11,276 nucleotides of DNA from Octopus sinensis (GCF_006345805.1 NW_021826975.1:1-11276); one strand, 5' to 3'. Positions 1 to 9,123 are shown, counted from the first letter of the stretch. Translations and numbers: made by a program. The notes: generated by a model not told the origin, from the letters alone.

Positions 1-387
1 ATGTATATGTATATGTTATATGTATGTATGTATATTAATATTGTCGATTTTGTATTTAGTTTGTAATATTTTTTATGTGAATTCGTGTGCTGAAACAAAT
101 CTTGCGGTATCTTGGGAGCGCCATAACACCAATAGTAATAATAACACACGCTCTGATTCAATTTCACTTATTTATTGAGCGGACTTTGTAGAGGGAGGAC
201 AAGAAACTGAGAAGGTCATGAATAGGGACGAAAGGACTTTGACTAACAAATAACCGATTGATTGTTTAAATCCAACACATTATATAATCAATAGATTACT
301 TAACTGGTTAGATATTCAACAAACTGGCGAACAATAAAGAAGTGGGATTTCAACTCTGAGTATGTTATTAAAGGCATATAATATATA

Positions 388-803
388 CGAGCAAAACGCC
401 CCCCCCCCCCGTCAATGGACGGTGCTGAGTTGTCAAACATTTAAACCAAATTTTCTGAAAACAACTTGTCCGACCGTTCCATAGGCCTCCCCTTTGAGAA
501 ACACTGATTTAACCTAAATTTGAGACACCAGCAAAAGAAGAAATAGCGATAGACTTTTTTTCTATTCCAAAGAAAAACGATTTTATTCACACAAATATGC
601 AACGATTTTATAAATGCACGTTCACCCGGCTTTATCGATCGCATCTCACCTGGAATCGATTTTTGTAATTTTTTCAAGACTTATACACGCCCTGATACCG
701 TCGGTATCTACATATCAAATTTGAGCGCAATCCGATGGCGGATGCCCGAGATCCTAGAAGACACACAGACAGGCAGACAGAACGGATTTTATAAAACATA
801 TAA
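388..803 (-). mobile_element. Probable non-autonomous Helitron-like element
   Basis: On the minus strand it starts with TATAAAA..TCTGTCTGCCTGTCTGTGTGTCT and ..CGGATTGCGCTCAAATTTG.., resembling invertebrate non-autonomous Helitron 5' regions. It ends with hairpin CCGTC-N4-GACGG (409-422) followed by CTCG|T (391-387), one change from canonical CTAG|T. The 5' TC terminus is not preserved, so that boundary is approximate. Confidence 0.65.
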
Positions 804-814
804 CTATATATATA

Positions 815-908
815 TTATTTATTTCAGTCACTGAACTACAGCGTTGCAGGGATACCACCTTGATGGCTTTTAGTAACGAAATAACCTTGTACTTATATTA
901 TCGGTCTG
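815..908 (-). mobile_element. Degenerate 3' fragment of SINE family A
   Basis: TTTCAGTCA..ACCACCTT..TTTAGT..GTACTTATATTATCGGTCT aligns with the family A tail at 9791-9880 and with the reverse complement of 1450-1560, with many substitutions. Confidence 0.65.
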
Positions 909-1177
909 TGATATTGTTGTGTGGATGCTCCCCAGACGATGAAGTAGACTAGCCCAATACGTAGATATAGAGGGAGAAGTCTAGACGTAGCGGTCAGAGT
1001 AGAGAATTTGGATAACTTTTTGATAGGAACAAATTTAATTGCGACGATGCTGTAGAACTTCCAAAATTTTATTCACTCTAGATTGCCAGGCGTTTACAGT
1101 TCCGGGCTGGACAAGCTATTGCCGAAATGGCAATAGTGTATTGACAATATGGATGAATACTTATATATATATATATA

Positions 1178-1580
1178 GGCGCAGGAGTGGCTGTGTGGTA
1201 AGTAGCTTGCTAACCAACCACATGGTTCCGGGTTCAGTCCCACTACGTGGCATCTTGGGCAAGTGTCTTCTGCTATAGCCCCGGGCTGACCAATGCCGTG
1301 TGAGTGGATTTGGTAGACGGAAACTGAAAGAAGCCTGTCGTATATATGTATATATATATAAGTGTGTGTGTATATGTTTGTGTGTCTGTGTTTGTCCCCC
1401 TAGCATTGCTTGACAACTGATGATGGTGTGTTTACGGTTCGGCAAAAGAGACCGATAGAATAAGTACTGGGCTTACAAAGAATAAGTCCCGGGGTCGATT
1501 TGCTCGACTAAAAGGCGGTGCTCCAGCATGGCCGCAGTCACATGACTGAAACAAGTAAAAGAGTAAAAGAGTAAAGAGTA
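1178..1580 (+). mobile_element. tRNA-derived SINE family A, near full length
   Basis: A box TGGCTGTGTGG 1188-1198, B box GGTTCAGTCCC 1231-1241, internal (TA)/(TG) microsatellite, tail CTGAAACAAGTAAAA(GAGTAAAA)n. Homologous to 4642-5165 and 9785-10153. Inserted in (TA)n. Confidence 0.92.
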
Positions 1581-1941
1581 TATATAGAGAGAGGGGGAGA
1601 CGATAAGAAATGGAGCAATTAACGGTGAGAGGTGGATCATTGGTCATTATTTAATTAAAGGTGAGAGTATGTTTACAGCTGTTTCTGTATATCAAGGTGG
1701 GGTAAATTTTTATTTACCTCGTTACAATTGATAGACATCTTCAGAGCGGTTATACGGCAAGAGATAAAATAAAAGGAAAATAGAAAGAAAATATAAGGAA
1801 AGGAAAGGAAAAGAAAATGGGAAAATGCACGTTAATTCAATAGTCTTACATTTTAGGGGCTTCCATAATTCATTGCATCAGTGCCTATGGATACATCTAT
1901 CCCTTAGAAGCTTACGTTACCTCTAACTTATATCTAACACA

Positions 1942-1964
1942 ATATATATATATATATATATAGC

Positions 1965-2020
<56 letters not shown>

Positions 2021-2047
2021 AATATAGATGGAATGGATGGATGGATG

Positions 2048-2098
<51 letters not shown>

Positions 2099-2119
2099 GG
2101 ATGGATGGATGGATGGATG

Positions 2120-2174
<55 letters not shown>

Positions 2175-2179
2175 GGATG

Positions 2180-2247
<68 letters not shown>

Positions 2248-2248
2248 T
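1942..2248 (+). repeat. (TA)n followed by long (GATA)n/(GATG)n compound microsatellite
   Basis: Directly visible: about 280 bp of GATA units with three GATG-type interruptions. Confidence 0.98.
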
Positions 2249-2999
2249 ACATGCTATTGTTTAGCTACATTTCTAGAGCTTTCACTAATGGAGAAGATGC
2301 TAGAGTCTAACCATGATCCAAGCGGCTCCTTCATTGGAATTTCAGAAACATTAACACACTAGCTTTCCATGCATTTGTGTAAGTTTTTTTTTTCTGCATT
2401 TCAATATATATTACTTGCTCATTAGTAGATCAATAGTTACTAAACCAAAAATTACTCTCTGTCCTCAACACTATCTATAGCGACTGATTGCTTTCAATGG
2501 AATATCACTGACGCCATGATAAACTTTGTTTTATTAACGACATATTTTCACAGGATGTGAAAGTATTTGGTGACATCACATGTACAGATCTGTATGTTTC
2601 GTTTTACGTACGTGCGCTCTGTTATACAAATGATATCTATAGATATGTACATATATACGGATATACTAAACTTTAGGAAAGTTTTACATTTATTTACAGT
2701 TCCATTGATATCATCTAATTGTAGACTTCTAATAGGTTTTCATCTTACTAGTTTCGTGAGCCTTATTATGCGCCTGTGTATGCATAGATTTACTAGTATG
2801 GGTTTTGAAACTGTGTGTGTGTGTTTTCGTCAATAATCTTATAATTATGCAGCCCAGGGTGTTGAAAATAGAATATTTACTGCGGAGTCTCAGGGAAAAT
2901 TCATTTGAAAAGTACGATAAATATTATGCGATGAAAGAATACGTAGTATAACAACCGCTAATGATTCTCGTGAGTATATGACACACAGACAGACATCAA

Positions 3000-3119
3000 T
3001 GTGTGTGTGTATGTGTGTGTGTGTGCGTGCATGTGCGTAGGTGGGCGGGTGGGTGGTTGTGGGTGTGATTATACGTATGTATATGTATATGGGTGCATGA
3101 CTGTGTATGTATCCAGTGG

Positions 3120-3154
<35 letters not shown>

Positions 3155-3174
3155 GAGTATATATATATATATGA

Positions 3175-3226
<52 letters not shown>

Positions 3227-3262
3227 GATAGGACTATAAGTTTATATGTATGTATATATATA

Positions 3263-3311
<49 letters not shown>

Positions 3312-3626
3312 GTATATTACAGAGTTAGATAGATACATGTGCATATACATATATGTATATATACTACATATACATATACAAGTGTAAGTATGCATATATG
3401 TGTATATACATGTATATGAATATATATATATAAGTGGCGGGGTATGTACGTGTATGTTTTTGTTTATACATACATACACCTATCCACAAATACACATACA
3501 TACGTAGACCCGCACAAACATGTATATAGACATACACACACCACACACACATGCATGCATACATACATACATGCATACATACATACATACATACATACAT
3601 ACATACATACATACATACATACATAC
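3000..3626. repeat. Compound microsatellite/low-complexity tract (TG)n, (TA)n, (CA)n, (CATA)n
   Basis: Directly visible; ends in a (CATA)n run at about 3558-3626. Confidence 0.95.
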
Positions 3627-3924
3627 CTCTGCGCCTATTTATTTCTTCATCAAATGACAGATCGATAGAGAAGACGAAGAGGCGGTGTGGGTGGGGAGAC
3701 ATTTCACATGGGAAATCTTATTCCGGTTCCTTTCGAAGAATTTACGTCCTCACCAATTCAAAGACAATTAATTTCCAGAATTATTCCATTAGAGCAAGAT
3801 TAAAAAGAAAAATATAATCAAACAAACAATGAACAGGAATAAAGAAAACGGCGTAATAATCGGTCTGATTTGTTAATGAAAAATCGATACCTCGTCTGTA
3901 ACAGAGGTGATGATCAGGATTGTT

Positions 3925-3925
<1 letters not shown>

Positions 3926-3980
<55 letters not shown>
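3926..3980 (+). repeat. (AAT)n microsatellite, i.e. the (ATT)n 3' tail of the adjacent minus-strand SINE C
   Basis: Perfect trinucleotide run directly abutting the last SINE C unit. Confidence 0.95.
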
Positions 3981-3982
<2 letters not shown>

Positions 3983-4583
3983 CTATTTCTTTACTGCCCA
4001 CAAGGGGCTACACACAGAGAGGACAAACAAGGACAGACAAACGGATTAAGTCGATTATATCGACCCCAGTGCGTAACTGGTATTTAATTTATCGACCCCG
4101 AAAGGATGAAAGGCAAAGTCGACTTCGGCGGAATTTGAACTCAAAACGTAACAGCAGACGAAATACCTATTTATTTATTATCCACAAGGGGCTAAACATT
4201 GAGGGAACAAACAAGGACAGACAAACGGATTAAGTCGATTATATCGACACCAGTGCGTGGCTGGTACTTATTTAATCGACACCGAATGGATGAAAGGTAA
4301 AGTCGACTTCGGCGGAATTTGAACTCAAAACGTAACGGCAGACGAAATACCTCTTTCTTTATTACCCACAAGGGGCTTAACATAGGGGAACAAACAAGGA
4401 CAGACATAGGTATTAAGTCGATTACATCGACCCCAGTGCGTAACTGGTACTTAATTTATCGACCCCGAAAGGATGAAAGGTAAAGTCGACCTCGGCGGAA
4501 TTTGAATTCAAAACGTAACGGCAGACGAAATACCGCTGGGCAATTCGCCCGGCGTGCTAACGGTTCTGCCAGCTCGCTGCCTT
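3981..4583 (-). mobile_element. tRNA-derived SINE family C: one head plus three tandem ~184-bp body units
   Basis: Minus-strand head AAGGCAGCGAGCTGGCAGAACCGTTAGC (A-box-like, 4583-4556). Units at 4349-4531, 4165-4348 and 3981-4164 each carry a B-box-like GAGTTCAAATTCC (GAATTC variant in the first) and the central CCTTTCATCCTTTCGGGGTCGAT motif. Confidence 0.9.
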
Positions 4584-4797
4584 GAGAATACAGTAAATAT
4601 TGACAACAGATAATAGAAAGTATTTAACTGTAAACATATAAGCACAAGCCTGCTTAACTGGTAAGAAGCTTGCTTCACAACCACATAGTTCTGGGTTCAG
4701 TCCCACTGTGTGGCACCTTGGACAAATGTCTTCTACTATAGACTTGTGAGTGGATTTGGTAGACGGAAACTGAAAGAGGCCCGGCGCATACATATAT

Positions 4798-5002
4798 AGT
4801 TAATCCAAACATGAACAAAGAGAAAACACAGCAACGCGAGAACGTGGAACAAGTAGAGTGTTACTGGACGCTCAGGAAACGAAACAAAGAAGGAGGATTT
4901 AACGTTTCGAGCGGAACACTTCGTCAGAAATATAGAAAAAAGGAAAAGTCCAAGGAAGGGAAGACGGAGAAAGAAAATCTCCAAAGATACACACGCAGTC
5001 AC
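4798..5002 (-). mobile_element. ~205-bp nested element with hammerhead motif (probable Penelope-like pseudo-LTR remnant)
   Basis: Absent from the other two family A copies. Contains minus-strand CTGACGA..CGAAACGTT; its 3' end runs into TATATA. The Penelope assignment is inferred from the known association of minimal type I hammerheads with Penelope-like elements. Confidence 0.7.
4897..4931 (-). ncRNA. Minimal type I hammerhead ribozyme motif, degenerate
   Basis: Minus strand reads AUUU-CUGACGA-A-GUGU-UCC-GCUC-GAAA-CG-UU-AAAU: stem I AUUU/AAAU, stem II with one mismatch and one wobble, palindromic ACGU in place of stem III. Confidence 0.65.
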
Positions 5003-5282
5003 CCCACCCTCCCACCGCTTGATAATTGATGTTGGTATACTTACGTGTCTGTGACCTAGCGGTTCGGGTAAACGGCCCGATAGAATAAGTACCAGGTTTA
5101 CAAAGAAGAAATCCTGAGGTGCTCCAGCGTAGCCGCAGTCAAATCACTGAAACAAGTAAAAGAATATCGCTGAACCTTACAATGAACATTCTCCATAAAC
5201 ATTGCGAAATTTTTAGGTTTATAAATAAACATCTGAACTGTTGAGAAAAAGGTGATTACAGAATATAATTAAAAATGTTAAT

Positions 5283-5448
5283 TTTCTTACCGAGTCATAA
5301 GATCTGGATTCCGGGTTTCCATGGAATGGAGCATCGTAAAATGAAGTGTTTTGCTCAAGAACACAACTCGTCGCCCGGTCCAGGAATTGAAACCACAATC
5401 TAACGATCATGAGTCAAACACCCTAACCACTAAGCCACGCGCCTCAAC
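5283..5448 (-). mobile_element. Short tRNA-derived SINE family D (part of the inverted duplication)
   Basis: Reverse complement of 8910-9086; minus-strand A box TGGCTTAGTGG and B-box-like GGTTTCAATTCC. Confidence 0.85.
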
Positions 5449-5819
5449 CATTAGCTATGTAACTTACGTTAAATTACTATTTGGGGTTTGGGCATTACAC
5501 CGTAATCCCCAAAAGATGGTACTGGTGTAATTTAACAACCTCAGACACTGGGGAGATTTTTAAACCAATTAAATATCATAAGATACTTTAATCCTGCGCT
5601 TTGCTTCTGCTAATCCACTGTCTTTAAGCTTAGCCATATAAGTCGAGATTAACATCTTTACGAAACAGACGAGGTTTACGCTAAAGTCCAAGATATTTTC
5701 TTTCAATATGGCTACTAAACTACTGAGATGTAAATATAGAATAGCTCGTCTCAAAGAAGTTACCGTTATGTTTTTTTATTAATGGATTAGTCTAACGGAA
5801 GTGACTGTGCGTGTAGACG

Positions 5820-6096
5820 ATGTAATCGACTTAATCCGTTTGTCTGTCCTTGTTTGTCCCCTCTGTTTGTAGCCCCTTGTGGGTAATAAAGAAATAGGTA
5901 TTTCGTCTGCCGTTACGTTCTGAGTTCAAATTCCGCCGAGGTCAACTTTGCCTTTCATCCTTACGGGGTCGATTAAATAAGTACCAGTTGCGCACTGGGG
6001 TCGATATAATCGACTTAATCCGTTTGTCTGTCCCCTCTGTGTTTAGCCCCTTGTAGGTAGTAAAGAAATAGGTATTTCGTCTGCCGCTACGTTCTG
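5820..6096 (+). mobile_element. SINE C tandem array, headless (~1.5 units)
   Basis: Reverse complement of the units at 3981-4531; junction AAAGAAATAGGTATTTCG at 5888-5905 and 6062-6079. Confidence 0.9.
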
Positions 6097-6112
6097 CAAT
6101 TTCGGGAATGAC

Positions 6113-6270
6113 AGTACTTATTTTATTGACCCCAAAAAGGATTAGAGGCAAAGTCGACATCCACTAGAATTTGAATGATCGCAAAAACATAAAAATCCGG
6201 GAAAATGCTGGTAAACGTTTTTATATCTTTTTATCCGGTGCAGTAACGATTCTTCCAATTCGGCGCTTCC
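6113..6270 (-). mobile_element. Old diverged SINE C-related copy (head and central region)
   Basis: GTACTTATTTTATTGACCCC..GGCAAAGTCGAC..GAATTTGAA..CCGGTGCAGTAACGATTCTTCCAATTCG aligns with 4447-4580. Confidence 0.75.
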
Positions 6271-6723
6271 GTAAAAAAAAGAACAAAAAAAATCAGAAAT
6301 AAAAAAACTGTTGAAATACTATAAGTGTAAAAAAAATATATCTCTTGAAATCATTAGATATTTTAATCTATCTTCGAAAAATAAGATAGATTTTATCTAA
6401 AGGATATAAGGAGAGTAGCAAAGAAGCTAGATAAATGGATTGAAATTACAGAATATAATTAAAGCTTCTCATGGTTTCCATAGATAATATTGCAACGACT
6501 AAACGATATTTAATATCCATTTCATTAGTAAATTGCTTGTCTATTTAACAATACGCTTAATGCAAATTACATTACTCTTTTTTTCTCCTTTCTTTCCTTT
6601 TTCTTTCTTTCTTTCTCTTCTTCTTTCATATTTTATCTACTTACTTTTTACCAAAGCAATCATTATTTTTCCTCATCTCATCCACTTATTCGAGGAGAAA
6701 ACTACACAAAACAGCTGGATAAG

Positions 6724-6781
6724 ATATATATATATATATATATATTTATACACACAACACACACACACACACACACCCACA

Positions 6782-6849
<68 letters not shown>

Positions 6850-7109
6850 ATATTTATATTTATATATATATATATATATTTATGTAACACACATACATTT
6901 ATATATATATGTATATATATGTACACACATACATTTATATATAGACATATATATATATGTATATGTATGTACACACATACATTTATATATATACATATAT
7001 ATATGTATATATATATATACACACATACATTTATATATATATACATATATATGTATATATACCTACACACATACATTTATATAGTTATCTATATGTGTGT
7101 GTGTGTGTG
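6724..7109. repeat. (TA)n/(CA)n tract with higher-order minisatellite
   Basis: ACACACATACATTTATATA recurs at 6887, 6923, 6971, 7019 and 7065. Confidence 0.92.
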
Positions 7110-7186
7110 AGTGGATTTTAAAATATCTTTTAATATTCCAAGCACGTTGTCGAACATTAATCTTCGTTTTCCCATCTATTAAGTAA

Positions 7187-7235
7187 CTGACTCGCTGACT
7201 CGCTGACTCGGTGACTCAGTGACTCCGTGACTCAG
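7187..7235 (+). repeat. Six-copy 8-bp tandem repeat (C/G)TGACTC(G/A/C)
   Basis: CTGACTCG x3, GTGACTCA, GTGACTCC, GTGACTCA. Confidence 0.9.
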
Positions 7236-7450
7236 TTTCATTTTTTTCTGCTAGTAACCTTAAAAGAAAGAGAATAAAGAAGAAGATTCTCGTTCTTGGT
7301 TCCAGTAATCATAACGGAATGTATTCCTCACCAAACTCCATAAATGGGCATAGCGTCTGTGCGTGCACGCGTGCTCACGTGCGTGTGTATCGATTAACGT
7401 TTGATTCAATTTGGTGGCCTTGGTTTGGTGAGAGGCTAGAGTGGGATTTT

Positions 7451-7838
7451 GTGGAGGCGCAATGGCCCAGTGGTTAGGGCATCGGACTCGCGGTCATAGG
7501 ATCGCGGTTTCGATTCCCGGACCGGGCGTTGTGAGTGTTTATTGAGCGAAAACACCTAAAAGCTCCACGAGGCTCCGGCAGGGGATGGTGGTGATTCCTG
7601 CTGTACTCTTTCACCACAACTTTCTCTCACTCTTACTTCCTGTTTCTGTTGTACCTGTATTTCAAAGGGGCCGGCCTTGTCACTCTCTGTGTCACGCTGA
7701 ATATCCCCCGAGAACTACTTTAAGGGTACACGTGTCTGTGGAGTGCTCAGCCACTTACACGTTAATTTCACGAGCAGGCTGTTCCGTTGATTCGGATCAA
7801 CCGAAACCCTCATCGTCGTAACCGACGGAGTGCTTCCA
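7451..7838 (+). mobile_element. tRNA-derived SINE family B, full length with TSD
   Basis: A box TGGCCCAGTGG 7463-7473, B box GGTTTCGATTCC 7506-7517. Flanked by AGAGTGGGATTTT (7438-7450) and AGAGTGTGATTTT (7842-7854). Near-identical inverted copy at 9124-9509. Confidence 0.93.
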
Positions 7839-7952
7839 TCCAGAGTGTGATTTTAGACAAATTTAGCTACCATTTCCAGCATGTCTTGCAGCCATGTAGA
7901 ACCAGTGGTTTTGGCTTATTGGTGGAGAGGCGACCTTGGTTATGAGAGACGC

Positions 7953-8000
7953 CAAGGTCAACTTCGTCTTTCGTTTCTCTGGGGTCGATAGAATAATGTT
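7953..8000 (+). mobile_element. Short degenerate SINE C central fragment
   Basis: AAGGTCAACTTCGTCTTTCGTTTCTCTGGGGTCGATAGAATAA resembles GAGGTCAACTTTGCCTTTCATCCTTACGGGGTCGATTAAATAA at 5938-5980. Confidence 0.6.
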
Positions 8001-8028
8001 CCAAGGAAGTGCCTAGACCAATATAATA

Positions 8029-8449
8029 TTTTCTAATATAAGCACGAGGCCTGAGATTTGGAGGGAAGAGGCAAGTCGATTAGATCGACTCCGGTACTCA
8101 ACTGGCATTTAATTTATCGACCCCGAAAGGATGAAAGGCAAAGTCGACCGTAGCGGAATTTGAACTCAGAACGTAGCGGCAGACAAAATATCTATTTCTT
8201 TATTACCCACAAGGGGCTACACACAGAGGGGACAAACAATGACAGACACAGATTAAGTCGAATGCATCGATCCCAGTATTCAACTGGTACTTATTTAATC
8301 AATCCCGAAAGGATGAAAGGCAAAGTCAACCTCGGCGAAATTTGAACTCAGAACGTAGCGGTAGACGAAATACCTATTTCTTTACTACCCACAAGGGGCT
8401 AAACACAGAGGGGACAAACAAGGGCAGACAAACGGATTAAGTCGATTAC
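8029..8449 (-). mobile_element. SINE C tandem array, headless (~2.3 units), last unit with a different tail
   Basis: Same units and junction as 3981-4531 (junctions near 8189 and 8371). The terminal segment 8029-8072 differs from the CCCACAAGGGGCT-type tail. Confidence 0.88.
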
Positions 8450-8487
8450 GTGAAATAAAGTGTCTTGCTCGAGGATACAACGCGCCG
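8450..8487 (-). mobile_element. ~38-bp SINE D-like fragment inserted in a SINE C unit
   Basis: GTGAAATAAAGTGTCTTGCTCGAGGATACAACGCG matches GTAAAATGAAGTGTTTTGCTCAAGAACACAACTCG (5336-5370). SINE C-like sequence resumes afterwards (TCGACC..GTGCTCAACTGGTA, to 8531). Confidence 0.65.
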
Positions 8488-8909
8488 AATTTTCGACCTC
8501 CAGCCAGACCTTTCGCGGTGCTCAACTGGTAGTGTGGCGTTTACACGCACAGTCACTTCTGTTAGACTAATCAATTAATAAAAAAAACATAACGGTAACT
8601 TCTTTGAGACGAGCTATTCTATATTTACATCTCAGTGGTTTAGTAGCCATATTGAAAGAAAATATCTTGGACTTTAGCGTAAACCTAGTCTGTTTCGTAA
8701 AGATGTTAATCTCGACTTATATGGCTAAGCTTAGAGACAGTGGATTAGCAGAGGCAAAGCACAGGATTAAAGTATCATATGTTATTTAATTGGTTTTAAA
8801 ATCTCTCCAGTCTTTGAGGGTGTCAAAATACACCAGTGCCATCTTTTGGGGATTACGGTGTAATGCCAAAACCCAAAATAGTAATTTAACGTAAGTTACA
8901 TATGTGACG

Positions 8910-9098
8910 GTGGAGGTGCGTGGCTTAGTGGTTAGGGTGTTCGACTCATAATCGTTAGATTGTGGTTTCGATTCCTAGATCGGGTGACGAGTTATGTTCT
9001 TGAGCAAAACACTTCATTTTACGATGCTCCAGTACATGGAAACCGGGAAACCAGATCTTTATGAGTCGGCATGACTCGGGAAGAAACTTTACTTTTTT
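8910..9098 (+). mobile_element. Short tRNA-derived SINE family D
   Basis: A box TGGCTTAGTGG 8921-8931, B box GGTTTCGATTCC 8964-8975; head similar to family B but different body; T-rich tail ACTTTACTTTTTTT; GTTACATA on both sides (8895-8902, 9100-9107). Confidence 0.85.
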
Positions 9099-9123
9099 TG
9101 TTACATACCTTATGAATTCGTAC

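Larger units (their letters stand above)
4642..5165 (+). mobile_element. SINE family A, diverged copy interrupted by a nested element
   Basis: B box GGTTCAGTCCC 4694-4704, body TGTGAGTGGATTTGGTAGACGGAAACTGAAAGA, tail CTGAAACAAGTAAAAGA. The internal microsatellite is replaced by the 4798-5002 insert. Confidence 0.88.
5274..6096 (-). repeat. Left arm of long inverted duplication (partner 8167-9098)
   Basis: Non-SINE core 5455-5819 matches the reverse complement of 8538-8902 with about 21 differences in ~362 nt by hand count (~94%). SINE D and SINE C arrays flank it in mirrored order. Confidence 0.93.
8167..9098 (+). repeat. Right arm of long inverted duplication (partner 5274-6096)
   Basis: See left arm. 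Has ~88 extra nt at 8450-8537 and an extra 10 nt in the SINE D tail. Confidence 0.93.

Noticed and set aside
34-360. Possible additional dispersed repeat next to the initial TA/TG tract
   Set aside because: No second copy, terminal structure or motif in the window; needs a RepeatMasker or BLAST search.
1107-1131. Third hammerhead (CTGGACAAG..CCGAAATGGC)
   Set aside because: The core lacks CUGANGA and stems I and III cannot be drawn.
1923-3817. ORFs rich in YI/YLSI/HTYI/CMYV repeats (also 6533-7110 and 10474-10818)
   Set aside because: Stop-free translations of microsatellites; no domain content.
3627-3925. Possible enhancer with Sox/TCF/homeodomain-like words
   Set aside because: Such short AT-rich motifs are expected by chance at this base composition.
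3981-4531. CRISPR-like array
   Set aside because: Whole 184-bp units repeat with no unique spacers; eukaryotic context with no cas genes.
7451-7525. tRNA gene (also 1178-1245 and 8910-8980)
   Set aside because: A and B boxes are present but no convincing cloverleaf, and each continues into a repeated body, so these are SINE heads.
6113-8000. Extension of the inverted duplication into old SINE C fragments at 6113-6165 and 7953-8000
   Set aside because: Mirrored in position but much more diverged than the ~94% core and without shared diagnostic changes.
5569-8789. Two near-identical 61-aa ORFs (5569-5754 minus, 8604-8789 plus)
   Set aside because: TTG start, no recognisable motif; the similarity simply reflects the inverted duplication.
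5274-9098. Foldback or TIR DNA transposon with long arms
   Set aside because: No shared TSD at the two outer ends, no transposase remnant, and the arms end at a SINE tail.
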